64,000 nt of DNA, from NCBI GenBank assembly GCA_010909165.1, contig MU008160.1, forward strand, positions 62,001 to 126,000, written 5' to 3'. This DNA comes from Anthoceros angustus (Eukaryota; Plantae; Anthocerotophyta). Under the pieces are notes generated by a model. It made no database searches. It worked only from the letters and a program-made list of their open reading frames with translations, and had not been told where the DNA came from. Of this stretch, positions 14,345 through 26,374 are shown in pieces (the first letter of the stretch is position 1; each line of letters begins with the position of its first letter). The translations under genes and the position numbers were made by a program.

Positions 14345-16690
14345 TGGCTGCTACAGTTTTGCACAGTGACTGGTCCTGGTGGCTGCTGGCTGGTGCCACT
14401 CACTGTCTAATTCCTACTTTGCATTCTTGTATTGGCGAGTGGTTACAGCCGAAAGATTTCCCGAGCGGAACTACATGCGGTCTTCCCCAAATTCTGCAGG
14501 CACATTTTCACCTAGCTCTCACAGGTTTATGGGCCCGGAACCCTAGATCCATGACTCGAGGTCCGCACGCTTGTGGAGACGACTGATGTTCAGGACTCAA
14601 GTCAAAGTTGATGAGCATGCTCATCAACAGATCCTACAAGGAAACAACCAGCGAAAGCTCGCCCAAGGCCAATGGAAAGTGGAGCGGGAACCGGGCCCAT
14701 CTGGGCCCAGGAGTGGGCTGCTCTCGATTGTCGTGAGCTTTCATCAGGTACATTAATCTTGTCAACTCCACAACCATAATTCAGCCTGTCTCTGACAGAC
14801 AACGAGCCAAGCCACAACAGAGCTCATTGGTGGGCAAAGATTGTCCCACAACAACGTTGTGTCAGGCTTGACCCTTTAAAACACTCGGACAACCGGAAAC
14901 CGGCATATTGTATGTTCAAATCCATCTGCCCAGCCGCACCGTATGTATGTACGCCGTGTGGCCGACGACTACAGCACAAGTCAATCTCACAGACGCGTAC
15001 TCATGCGATGGGGAAGGGTATACATGCTGGGTTTCCTCCTACGTTTCAAATCATCCTATCTTCCACCACTCCAACAGAATTTCAGGATCAGAACCAGTAC
15101 TCATTACTCACTAGCACTCGAGCAACTGCTACAGTTTTGCACAGTGACTGGTCCTGGTGGCTGCTGGCTGGTGCCACTCACTGTCTAATTCCTACTTTGC
15201 ATTCTTGTATTGGCGAGTGGTTACAGCCGAAAGATTTCCCGAGCGGAACTACATGCGGTCTTCCCCAAATTCTGCAGGCACATTTTCACCTAGCTCTCAC
15301 AGGTTTATGGGCCCGGAACCCTAGATCCATGACTCGAGGTCCGCACGCTTGTGGAGACGACTGATGTTCAGGACTCAAGTCAAAGTTGATGAGCATGCTC
15401 ATCAACAGATCCTGCAAGGAAACAACCAGCGAAAGCTCGCCCAAGGCCAATGGAAAGTGGAGCGGGAACCGGGCCCATCTGGGCCCAGGAGTGGGCTGCT
15501 CTCGATTGTCGTGAGCTTTCATCAGGTACATTAATCTTGTCAACTCCACAACCATAATTCAGCCTGTCTCTGACAGACAACGAGCCAAGCCACAACAGAG
15601 CTCATTGGTGGGCAAAGATTGTCCCACAACAACGTTGTGTCAGGCTTGACCCTTTAAAACACTCGGACAACCGGAAACCGGCATATTGTATGTTCAAATC
15701 CATCTGCCCAGCCGCACCGTATGTATGTACGCCGTGTGGCCGACGACTACAGCACAAGTCAATCTCACAGACGCGTACTCATGCGATGGGGAAGGGTATA
15801 CATGCTGGGTTTCCTCCTACGTTTCAAATCATCCTATCTTCCACCACTCCAACAGAATTTCAGGATCAGAACCAGTACTCATTACTCACTAGCACTCGAG
15901 CAACTGCTACAGTTTTGCACAGTGACTGGTCCTGGTGGCTGCTGGCTGGTGCCACTCACTGTCTAATTCCTACTTTGCATTCTTGTATTGGCGAGTGGTT
16001 ACAGCCGAAAGATTTCCCGAGCGGAACTACATGCGGTCTTCCCCAAATTCTGCAGGCACATTTTCACCTAGCTCTCACAGGTTTATGGGCCCGGAACCCT
16101 AGATCCATGACTCGAGGTCCGCACGCTTGTGGAGACGACTGATGTTCAGGACTCAAGTCAAAGTTGATGAGCATGCTCATCAACAGATCCTGCAAGGAAA
16201 CAACCAGCGAAAGCTCGCCCAAGGCCAATGGAAAGTGGGAGCGGGAACCGGGCCCATCTGGGCCCAGGAGGCTGCTCTCGATTGTCGTGAGCTTTCATCA
16301 GGTACATTAATCTTGTCAACTCCACAACCATAATTCAGCCTGTCTCTGACAGACAACGAGCCAAGCCACAACAGAGCTCATTGGTGGGCAAAGATTGTCC
16401 CACAACAACGTTGTGTCAGGCTTGACCCCTTTAAAACACTCGGACAACCGGAAACCGGCATATTGTATGTTCAAATCCATCTTCCCAGCCGCACCGTATG
16501 TATGTACGCCGTGTGGCCGACGACCACAGCACAAGTCAATCTCACAGACGCGTACTCATGCGATGGTGGAAGGGTATACATGCTGGGTTTCCTCCCACGT
16601 TTCAAATCATCCTATCTTCCACCACTCCAACAGAATTTCAGGATCAGAACCAGTACTCAGTACTCACTAGCACTCGGAGCAACTGCTACA
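14345..16690. repeat. Three tandem copies of a 778-bp unit
   Basis: Identical ORF sets offset by 778 bp (14571/15349/16127; 14908/15686). Confidence 0.95.
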
Positions 16691-17889
16691 AGGGAGCTTC
16701 GAATCCCGAGTCATCAAAACCGCTTGGTCGAGATCTCTTGTGAGGGACTTCACAAGTTCACACCACGACGTGATCACCCACAAGGTGGCTGCCAGCTGGA
16801 GCTCTGGGCTCTCCAAGCTGTTATAAGAAAAATCACCAACTGTTATAAGAAAAATTAGACGACATTCATCGAGATGACAAAATTCAAACCGTTGTAAACC
16901 TTTTCCTACCAAAAGTTCAAACCCGTATAAAAGCTATCGTTATAAAATAATAATATAAGTTATTCAAATACTACCTCTGGGACTAAACAAGGGTAGGGAT
17001 CTGCGAGTCATATCGTGAATATTTTCAATGATGGATACATTTGCCTAGTGCAGAACAACACGCCAAAACATCGAAGGCTCTTCTAAGAATTTGTAAGACA
17101 TCCACATCATAGTGAATGCAAGGGATAAATAAGCCTAGTGATGCTATGCGAGAAGCTGAGGTGTTAGCAGAAGTAGCTTGGGAAAGCAGCAAGCTGCAAC
17201 TACCAACAAGCCCCAATTTATGTGCTACCTTCAAATGCAAAGCGTTGAGTCCACAGTCTCCTATAATTGATGATGTCTAAGACATCAGCAGCCCATCAGC
17301 CCCACATCACCCTACGGCTTCATCCTTGCACCGATTCACGGTTTACCTAGTTCGGAAAAAGAAATCAGCGAGGTGTCTGGTAGCCCATACGATGCCCGGC
17401 ATCCGTCACTGCAATCGCTGGGCGTAGCGAGCTCGCCTCAAATCGGTGGAGACGTGCGGGCTGCAGACATTGCAACGCCCCGCACATCTTGCCTCATGTA
17501 GGCGGTCCTTCCCTCCCGCTCAAGCGAGCCTCTGAATAGCCATGGAAAATCAGCAGATACCTTCACCACCATCCCAAAATGCTAGACAATGCGAGCTCCT
17601 TGTAGCCCTTCCAGGCCACACCATGAGAGGAGTCCAACAAAGTACCACCCTTGCAGGCTGCTGAGGCATCGCCGTCGCATGCGATCCGCCATCTCCCTAA
17701 GCCGCCAAACCCTACCGTGCGGATGCTCCACACCCCTCCTCCAGCTCCGCCTCCACAGCCGCCGCGCCCGTGACGCGCCGATCCGGGCCTCGCACACAAG
17801 TCCAACGTCTGAGCGGATGAAAAGGAGAGCGTTTGTGATTTAAAACTTTAATAAAAACAATGAAAATTATCATGTCTTACGCAAATGAG

Positions 17890-19040
17890 TAAGTGGAGTG
17901 GTAGAGCTTCCTCTCGTACTACTCACGGTATTGCCTCGGCATGCGCTCTCGGGGCTTATCTGTGATGCATATTCAAGATATCAACCTCAAGAAGCGCCTA
18001 TTCAACTCTCTGGTCATCCCATCTACTATGTATGGCGCCGAACTCGGGGCCTTGATCTCCTGCCTTCTTCTTGGCCTAAGGTGGAAAAAGAACAGCTTCT
18101 TTTCTTCGTGCTCACATCGCCTGTAATCGCTCTACCTCTTCATGTCCTTCGCTCACGAGTTTGCCGCCTTTCCTTAGAACTTGATGATCTCTTAGTCTTC
18201 CTCTTTCTTTTACCGCCTCCACCTTCTTGACCAACAAAACCCTCACCTCCTCCTTACCTTCTCCTTGCTTTTCGGTCGTCTAGACCTCAGGCGAGATGGC
18301 TCTATTTTTGTTGGTATGCCAAAGCCTCCATGTGGCGGGCGATACCACTTTAGTCCTTGAGCTACTCTCCTGTTTTGGCCACCCTTCAATTAGCCGATCC
18401 CCCCCTCCACACCCTCCCTCTAACCACCTTATCCATAAGGCAATCAAATTTCGATACCTCCGCCTTACTTGGTACCCTATTCCCTCTGATTCCTCTTTCT
18501 ACCAAGCTTCTTTTACTATAAGGAGCACTTCGTGATCTCTCTCTCTAGCTTCCAAAACTGCCACGTTACCTTAATTCCCCATGTCTTTCAAGCTTTGCTC
18601 TTTAAGTCAATTTCGTGTCGGCTCCCATCGACTCGGGTTGAGGCCCGGCGTTGGCTAGAGCCCCTCCTCGAAGATCGCATTTGGGCTCTTCTTCTAATAC
18701 TGAATGCGAATGTACTTTCTCTTTATTTTGCTATTAACGACATCCGGCCAAATACTCTCTCCTTTTTAGTGTGCATGTTTTTCCTGGAGCTTTTTTCCTT
18801 TCATATTCCCAAGCTCTCGCTCTATGTCTTTCGAGATGCTTGATCACGAGCTATCCTTGCTTGGCCCCTGTAACTTTCTTGTCAATCCTCCACTTTTATT
18901 TTCCTATTTATTTTCTCTAGTTCGGACATATGTCGTACACCCTCTTTCATCCAAGTTATGGCTATACGGTTTCTATGCCATGGTGGTTTTTCCACCCATT
19001 GGACATAAATAAAAGTTGTTGTTGTTGTTGTTGTTGTTGT
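17890..19040 (+). mobile_element. 5'-truncated non-LTR retrotransposon (RTE/RTEX-like LINE 3' end)
   Basis: KKRLFNSLVIPSTMYGAE, QFRVGSHRL.VEARRWLEPLLEDRI (LINE ORF2 C-terminus). AATAAA at ~19008 immediately followed by a (GTT)n tail to 19040. Confidence 0.75.
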
Positions 19041-19099
19041 GCTCGCACACGAGGATGGGTGGTCGAATCCGCCTCCTCCGCGGGATTTTACGATTTTGG

Positions 19100-20492
19100 A
19101 AGCCTTTGTCCAAGCTAGCATTTGTGCACGATGTCATTTACTTAAGTATCATTTACTACTTGTTTTACCTTGTAGAACAACCACGGCACCACCTCTATGT
19201 CTTTATTTTTTCATTGCCTTTGTCCAAGCTAGCATTTATGCACCGATGTCATTTACTTTAAGTGTCATTTACTACTTATTTTACCTTTAGAACAACCACG
19301 GCACCACCTCTATGTCTTTATTTTTTCATTACGGTATTACCTCTCTGTCCTTATTTTCTAACTATGGTGAATAAGCCCGATACCACTTCACGCCCGCAAG
19401 TGCGGCCCATCATATATGACACTTTTCAATTATAAAATAAGTACCACCTTTATGTCCTTGTTTTTGCGGCCCATCATACATGTCACTTTTCAATTATAAA
19501 ATAAGCACCACCTCTATGTCCTTGTTTTTTCACTATGGTGAATAAGCACGGCACCACCTTCACGTCTACAAGTGCGGCCCATCATACATGATACTTTTCA
19601 GTTGTAGATAAGTACCACTCCGGTTTTTTCTATTGTAGAACAAGCACGACACCACTGCACGACCTCCATTCTGTGCATATAAATATCACAATGCAATTGT
19701 CCGTGGATGGATCCTATGCACACTTGGTGATGGAAATGTCATTGATATGCCATATGTTGGCATAATGCCAAAAATTTTAAAGGTTGACTCTGGGTATCAA
19801 CACCTGGAATGTTTTGAAGGTCAAGTGGTTCAAACCAGTTTATAATGAAGATGCAAAGGATCGTCGCAAGGGCTTGAAGATAGACACATCCGGAATGCAT
19901 ATAGTGAACCCCAAATCTTTGTATTCTCTACAAGAGTCGAAGATGAACCCTTTACCCTTGTGTCACCCAAACTAGTTTAGACTTTTCTCTATGACAATCA
20001 GATGGTTGTCGGGATTGGTGCATGAGGAAAATGATTTATTTTAGAAGGAATAAGTACATTTTGTTAGTGGTTCCAGCTTTAATAGCTTGTTCATGTAACC
20101 CATAAACTCTCTTTCAATTTGATCTCTTGTAAAACAGTTTGTTTAAAACCTTAAAGTTCCTTAGTTAAGAAAAAGAAAGTGTTGTAAAAGGACGCAACAT
20201 TGCACTAGAAAACTATGTCCCACGATTTACAACGTGGTTTAGAATTGAAACTTTTTACCGATACTTGTTATAAAATGAATAATTTTACAACATCTATATT
20301 TTACAATGCAAGTTATAAGGAGAAAAAGCTCTAAAGAGTGTCACGTTGTCAAAATACCCCACATTGTAAAACATCAAACCCATGTTGTAAAGTATTAAAC
20401 CCTATATAAAATAATACATGAGCTGAAAAACCACGTTGTAAAACGAATAGACGATAAAACCCCGCCTCTAGTTTTGAAGGGGTAGTAAAGTG
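19100..20492 (+). mobile_element. CACTA-like remnant, second copy
   Basis: From 19280 matches position 1 onward; ORF 19784-19975 LKVKWFKPVYNEDAKDRRKGLKIDTSG; same subterminal repeats. Confidence 0.55.
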
Positions 20493-21699
20493 TTGAGTTT
20501 CCCAGCCATTAATGGCTGGGAGAACATGTGTATTAGCGGTGCGGACTCCCATTCATCCTCCCCTTGCACCAACGTCGGCAAGATATTCGGTCGGAGGCAA
20601 AGGGAGAAGGGTCGGGGAGGTACATCTTCCCGAAGCGGAAATGAGGAGGGGCTCCTCGTTAAAGATGACATCACAAGCAAAGAGCGAGGCAGAGTCCTTC
20701 AAGTATATCCGATGGGCCAGCGGTCTTGCCATGGCCAGGAGAATGGCTTCCTTGGACTTGAACATGGTAATTACATGAGGTTTATATACGAACCCCTTTG
20801 CGAGAACCCCTTTGGCGAAAATCACTCGGTATCTAAATCATAAAGCCATCACGGTCTCGACAATGGACCATTCTTGGCCCCTGACTAAGTCATGAACAAC
20901 ACAATTGAGGCATACACACGACAGCAGTGCGAGCGGTGCTGGCGGCGCTGGATGGCCATGATGGAAGAGGGACGTTTTAAATGTGCACTTGCAAAATGGC
21001 ACCGATAGACACATGGCATAATGAAGTTTATGTCCGAATCCTAATACATTGGATCCGGTTACTCGTGCGGGCTATTCGGGTCTCAATGGGCCACCGAGCG
21101 GAATCTAAAACTACAGCTAGGTTTCGCATACGCTCCAGTTCTTCTTCGTCAAAGCCATCATGCCTCCGACAATGGACCATTCTTGGCCCCGACTAAGTCA
21201 TGAACAACACAATTGAGGCATACACAGACGGTGGTGGTGCTGCTGGCCGCTACCGGATGAAGCCATGACAAGGAAGAGGGACGTTTTAAATGTGCACTTC
21301 GCAAAATGGCACCGATAGACACATGGCATAATGAAGTTTATGTCTGGAATCCTAATACATTGGATCCTTACGTAAGGGCTATTCGGGTCTCAACCGGGCC
21401 AACAAGGAATCTAAAACTACAGCTAGGTTTCGATACGCCCAGTCAAAACTGCCATTCTCACCCAAAGCGTTGTCATCGTTGTTAACCTCCGCTTGGACAC
21501 ATCGACGTGGGAGGTTGCCATATGGTATCCGGCGTTCTTGTCCTTCCTCCAACAATTCGCCGTCGGTCTTCATCCTCCGGCACTCAAAGAAACAACTTGG
21601 GCCTTTGAACAATCCTTTTCACTTATACAAACCTCCTTTGCCCGAATGCGAAGGGCCTGCGATGGGGCTCAAGGTAAGCTCTTCTTCAGATCCGGAGAA

Positions 21700-22380
21700 C
21701 CTCGATCCGTGGATGCGCTGGGGATGTATCCAAAGACACCGTAAGTCCGCTCGATGGCGATACGCTTTCTTCCACAGCAAGGCTAATACCAGCTACCGAG
21801 CATGCGTCCACCACCCACCTTCTTTTGAGAAGGTCTTGATCAATTTCATCATCGCCCAAGAGGCCTTTGGTATGGGCATACCACCAACTTGTCATGGGAC
21901 AAGTACACCGCTTCTTTACCATGTCATGGCCTATGACGGACCTCCCATTGTTAAAAGTGCCATGCATGGCATTCGCATCATCGGAGCTCGATCCTTTGAA
22001 CACCCATCTTTCAAGCCCCATCCGGTCACATACTCCATCGCTTTCAAATCCCCCTATCATTGCTCATGTTAGTTTTATCCCACACGAAAGACACGTGCCA
22101 CCCTTCTTACACCACTGCATCGATTCCCGTCTTGTGTGGGCTTCCTCCACTCCATGCATGACAATCATGCGGAAGTCTTCGCTTGTAGTTTTCTCATGAA
22201 AACTGTTGAAAACTGTACTCAACATAGTGGCATCCATCCGTTTGTCCATAGGCCCAATATCAAAGCCTCTGGGTACATCCATGACTAACAGGGTGTACCT
22301 CCTCACCCGAAGGTAGCCCCGCATCTCCAAAATATCTCGCTTCTCCACTTGGTAATGAACCTCCTTCTCACAGAACAAGA
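21700..22380 (-). pseudogene. Beta-class N4/N6 (amino) DNA methyltransferase domain, frameshifted
   Basis: In reading order: YTLLVMDVPRG (motif IV position, 22265-22279), WDKTN (22068-22082), CPYQRP (21861-21878), MKLIKTFSKEGG, VDACS (motif I position, ~21798-21817), GRKRIAIER (~21750-21773). Confidence 0.7.
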
Positions 22381-22999
22381 AAATGTGCAGCCCTTCATGA
22401 AGATCTCAGACCGCCATACCGCTCGTCTTCCAAACTCTTCCAATTATTGATCTCGAAATGAAATTCTTAAAGTCCTCCGGCATTTTCGCAAGTTGTCTAT
22501 ATCCTTCAATTCGCAGGGCAAAACGAGTAAGTGCATATACACAGATGCGGAAACATTATGCACTCAGTAGGAGGAGGGCCAGGCCGGCCTGGGCCTCCTC
22601 CTTGAGTTCTATGGAGTGGATCTGGATGGGCGGCCGGTGCCCAACTCGGTCCCCACATCACATGTGGAAGTGGCCTCGGCCACCGCTACCGCAAGAACGT
22701 TAGGGTTTGTAATGACATATGAGAGAATTAGAAAACGATGGGTAGTATGGCACACCTTCCCAAATAATGCCGTCTGAACCGAGCTATCATTTCGTCGAAT
22801 GCAAAGGATATTCCACCTAACCTCTTGAATGATGAGCAGCCCAAGTGTTTTACCATAGCCACTTGTATAACATGAAACTTCTTCCGTAAGGTAATCTCCT
22901 CATCCATACCTTTTAGGTCGATAATACTGTCAACACCTTCTCCCTGATGAGTATCCGTGCACTCTCCATTGGAATCCCTTGAACGATTTCCACGGCTTT

Positions 23000-24550
23000 G
23001 CTAGCATATCCTTGACTTCACGTAACATGTCAACAACCGAGCCTCCTCTTGTACCTTCCGTTTGCCTTTGCCCTTCTTACTTGTTCGCAGAACATGTTTT
23101 TCCGCCCCGCAATTCTCCACCTCCCATTTTGAAAATATTCGATCCACGTTGTCCCAAACCTTCCTCTGTTCGCAATGCATAAGATGTGGGTCCGATTGTC
23201 CACCTTATTCGCTTGTAAACATCGTCTTCCGACCTCCGTCGTCCTCAATCAAGCCCAATACACGAGATAGGTTGAATTTCCAATTCATGGTCATCTGGAC
23301 ATCATCTCGCTGGCAATAAGCTTCGTCCTCAAGTACACGCTCAATGAAGGACATCTTCTTCCTTTGTCGACATCGACAGGGTCTGCGGATCGCATTTCCG
23401 CCACCGTCACCACAAGATACACATGAGCTTCCACATATTGGAAGCGTGTTTTCCTCGAGATATATCGCCAAATGTTTCATGGCTGCAAAGGTATGGTTCC
23501 CACCAAGAACGCCCATAACATATTTCTTCGCCCGAACCTTTCCACTCCAACTTGAGGTTGTCACACTCGGGTCGATCATGCAAAGGAGAGGCAACACGCC
23601 CTCCTCAATCCTTCCCTTCGATATTACACGAGCCAAATAATTTGCCCATGCCTCGTCCACTCTCCTTATCTGCGCATCGGTGTAATATGGGATCTTTGGT
23701 TTCAAATTCTCCACTTCACTAATCTTTTCTCGAACCACCTTCTTGGAGTAAGCCGAGTCCCGAATTGTCAAAGGGTCTCGTGATCTCGATAGCATCCTCC
23801 AGCCTTTCCTCGTCTGAGAACATGTTTTTCTGCTCGCAATTCTCCAACCTCCCATTTTGAAAATATTCGATCCACGTTGTCCCAAACCTTTCCCTCCTGT
23901 TTGCAATGCATAAGATGTGGGTCCGATTGTCCACCTTATTCGCTTGTAAACATCGTCTTCCGACCTCCGTCGTCCTCAATCAAGCCCAATACACGGTATA
24001 GGTTGAATTTCCAATTCATGGTCATCTGGACATCATCTCGCTGGCAATAAGCTTCGTCCCTCAAGTACACGCTCAATGAAGGACATCTTCTTCCTTTGTC
24101 GACATCGACAGGGTCTGCGGATCGCATTTCCGCCACCGTCACCACAAGATACACATGAGCTTCCACATATTGGAAGCGTGTTTTCCTCGAGATATATCGC
24201 CAAATGTTTCATGGCTGCAAAGGTATGGTTCCCACCAAGAACGCCCATAACATATTTCTTCGCCCGAACCTTTCCACTCCAACTTGAGGTTGTCACACTC
24301 GGGTCGATCATGCAAAGGAGAGGCAACACGCCCTCCTCAATCCTTCCCTTCGATATTACACGAGCCAAATAATTTGCCCATGCCTCGTCCACTCTCCTTA
24401 TCTGCGCATCGGTGTAATATGGGATCTTTGGTTTCAAATTCTCCACTTCACTAATCTTTTCTCGAACCACCTTCTTGGAGTAAGCCGAGTCAATTCGTCA
24501 AAGGTCCGTGATCTCGATAGCATCCTCCAGCCTTTCCTCGTCTGAGAACA
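23000..24550 (-). pseudogene. ParB/Srx-like domain protein region (present twice through a ~732-bp tandem duplication)
   Basis: ORFs 24033-24470 and 23205-23906: QIRRVDEAWANYLARVI...YVMGVLGGNHTFAAMKHL...MSFIERV. GGNH resembles the ParB/Srx GxHR nucleotide-binding motif. Confidence 0.55.
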
Positions 24551-26374
24551 TGAATGGCAATGTTTTCCGGATGGTCCCCTTTCCTCCATCTCTTCGACTT
24601 CTTCCCACTACCCGCCGCCACATCGCCATCGCTTCCGTCCGGCGAGACATCCGTAGGTGCTCTCCGCTTCCCACCTCGCCCACCACACCGCCTGGCTCCT
24701 CTTCGCTCCCAGGCGCCGCCGGCCGGCGCCCGCCTCCTCCTTCTTCGCCGAGTGCGAATGGGCAGGGCGCCGGCCGGCGCCTAGTCCATCTCCCCAACGG
24801 AAATCGGACAAACGGTTTGGGTTTGGGGTCATCAGTCTTCCCCATCCGCCCAGTCGGGCCGGCCGGCGCCTGATTGTCATCCGCATCGATGCGGACGGTA
24901 GGAACAAGGTCCGCAAAGTTCATGATGTCCTCGCATCCCTATCCTCGTCTTGGTCGCCGACCTTCTCCATCTGAATGACCCAAAGACATCGGATCGGGCC
25001 ATCATCCTCGTCGGATGGTCCGATTCACTATCTCTATCACTGCTATCTCGCATCATCCTCATTCTGTGCCTCTCGCTCTCCTCATAGACAATACGCGCCT
25101 GTGTGCTACAACAGTATCCGACACCTTTCCACACAACAGTCTGATAAGAGCTCTTCCTACCTGGGGTGGCTGCGAAACAGCAAACATGATGCAAATCGAG
25201 GAGAAAGCACATCAGCAGTGACACAAACTGAACAAAACAAAATTCACAGGTCCATGGCATATCTGTGCTTACACTCGGTTGCCGCATTGCTTCTCGAAAT
25301 ACCTCGACAAGCTCAGGAGGACCACATTTCTTAGCCTGAAACCCAAGACGAGCTCATACGCCCTATACATTTGAGGGTCTTGAATCATGCGTCAAACTCC
25401 GAGGCCTTGTTGTGCAAAACAACGTGAACAAGGGTTCTTCTCGTCCATGTCCGTGGTCGCCCATACTACCCATCCAGCCCTCGCTCTTTGGTTAGGCAAT
25501 GCTCCCCTATAACCCATGATCCACAATTTCAATAGTGGAGTCCGAGCGTTCTCATCCTCGCTCGCATCTGTGTCACCATCCAATCTTTCTCAAGCGATTG
25601 AGGATCCATCCGAGCATTCGACGCCGAATGATCACAGTCTCCTCGTAGGTGAAGGCGAAGGAATGGGCACAGCGCTCGAGGCTTTTGACTTCTCCACTCA
25701 GCCCCCTCTTTCCACCGCCAGTTGCCTTCGCAGACGCCGCCAGCTGGATTTCGCTTGCCCGATGCATGCCCACCCTTGGCTTGCTCACCACCTCCAGTCG
25801 CATCACGATGGTCGCTGCCTTTCCCAAGTCCCTCGGTGCACTAGCCCCGCTACTCCGCCCGGATTTCTGGGAGGAGGTCACCGGCACCATCCGCCAAATC
25901 CTTCTTGCTCCGTCGCCTTGAGTTCGCCGCAATTGCCCAAATTGAGCTACGCGAAACAAAGTTGCATCACTCACAAATTGGGCTTGGAATGGAAATTGTG
26001 GAGTTCTCGCCGCACAGGGATGCCTTGTGCACCGCTTGACACGGAACACGCTCTTTGCAAAGGCGCACACCGTAGGTCCCTCCTTCACACACGCCACATA
26101 CCGATGATGGAGGCCTCTCACCGTGGAGGCGCCCGAGCGCTTGAACAGTGTGGAACACCGCTACTAAAGGAACTCTTAACCCTGGACGATTAGGGTTACC
26201 GCTCACCACGTTAACCAAAGTTAGAAACCCCGATGTCGTGTGAAAGGCTGGTAGTTAAGTGGACCTTATTCTCCTATGCATGTATTTATGACATCGTGAC
26301 TTATCCATCGGTTCGGCTGTTATTCTTATCCGCGTGGCATCGCGATATCCGCCGCCTCATTGGATTTCCTCGCC

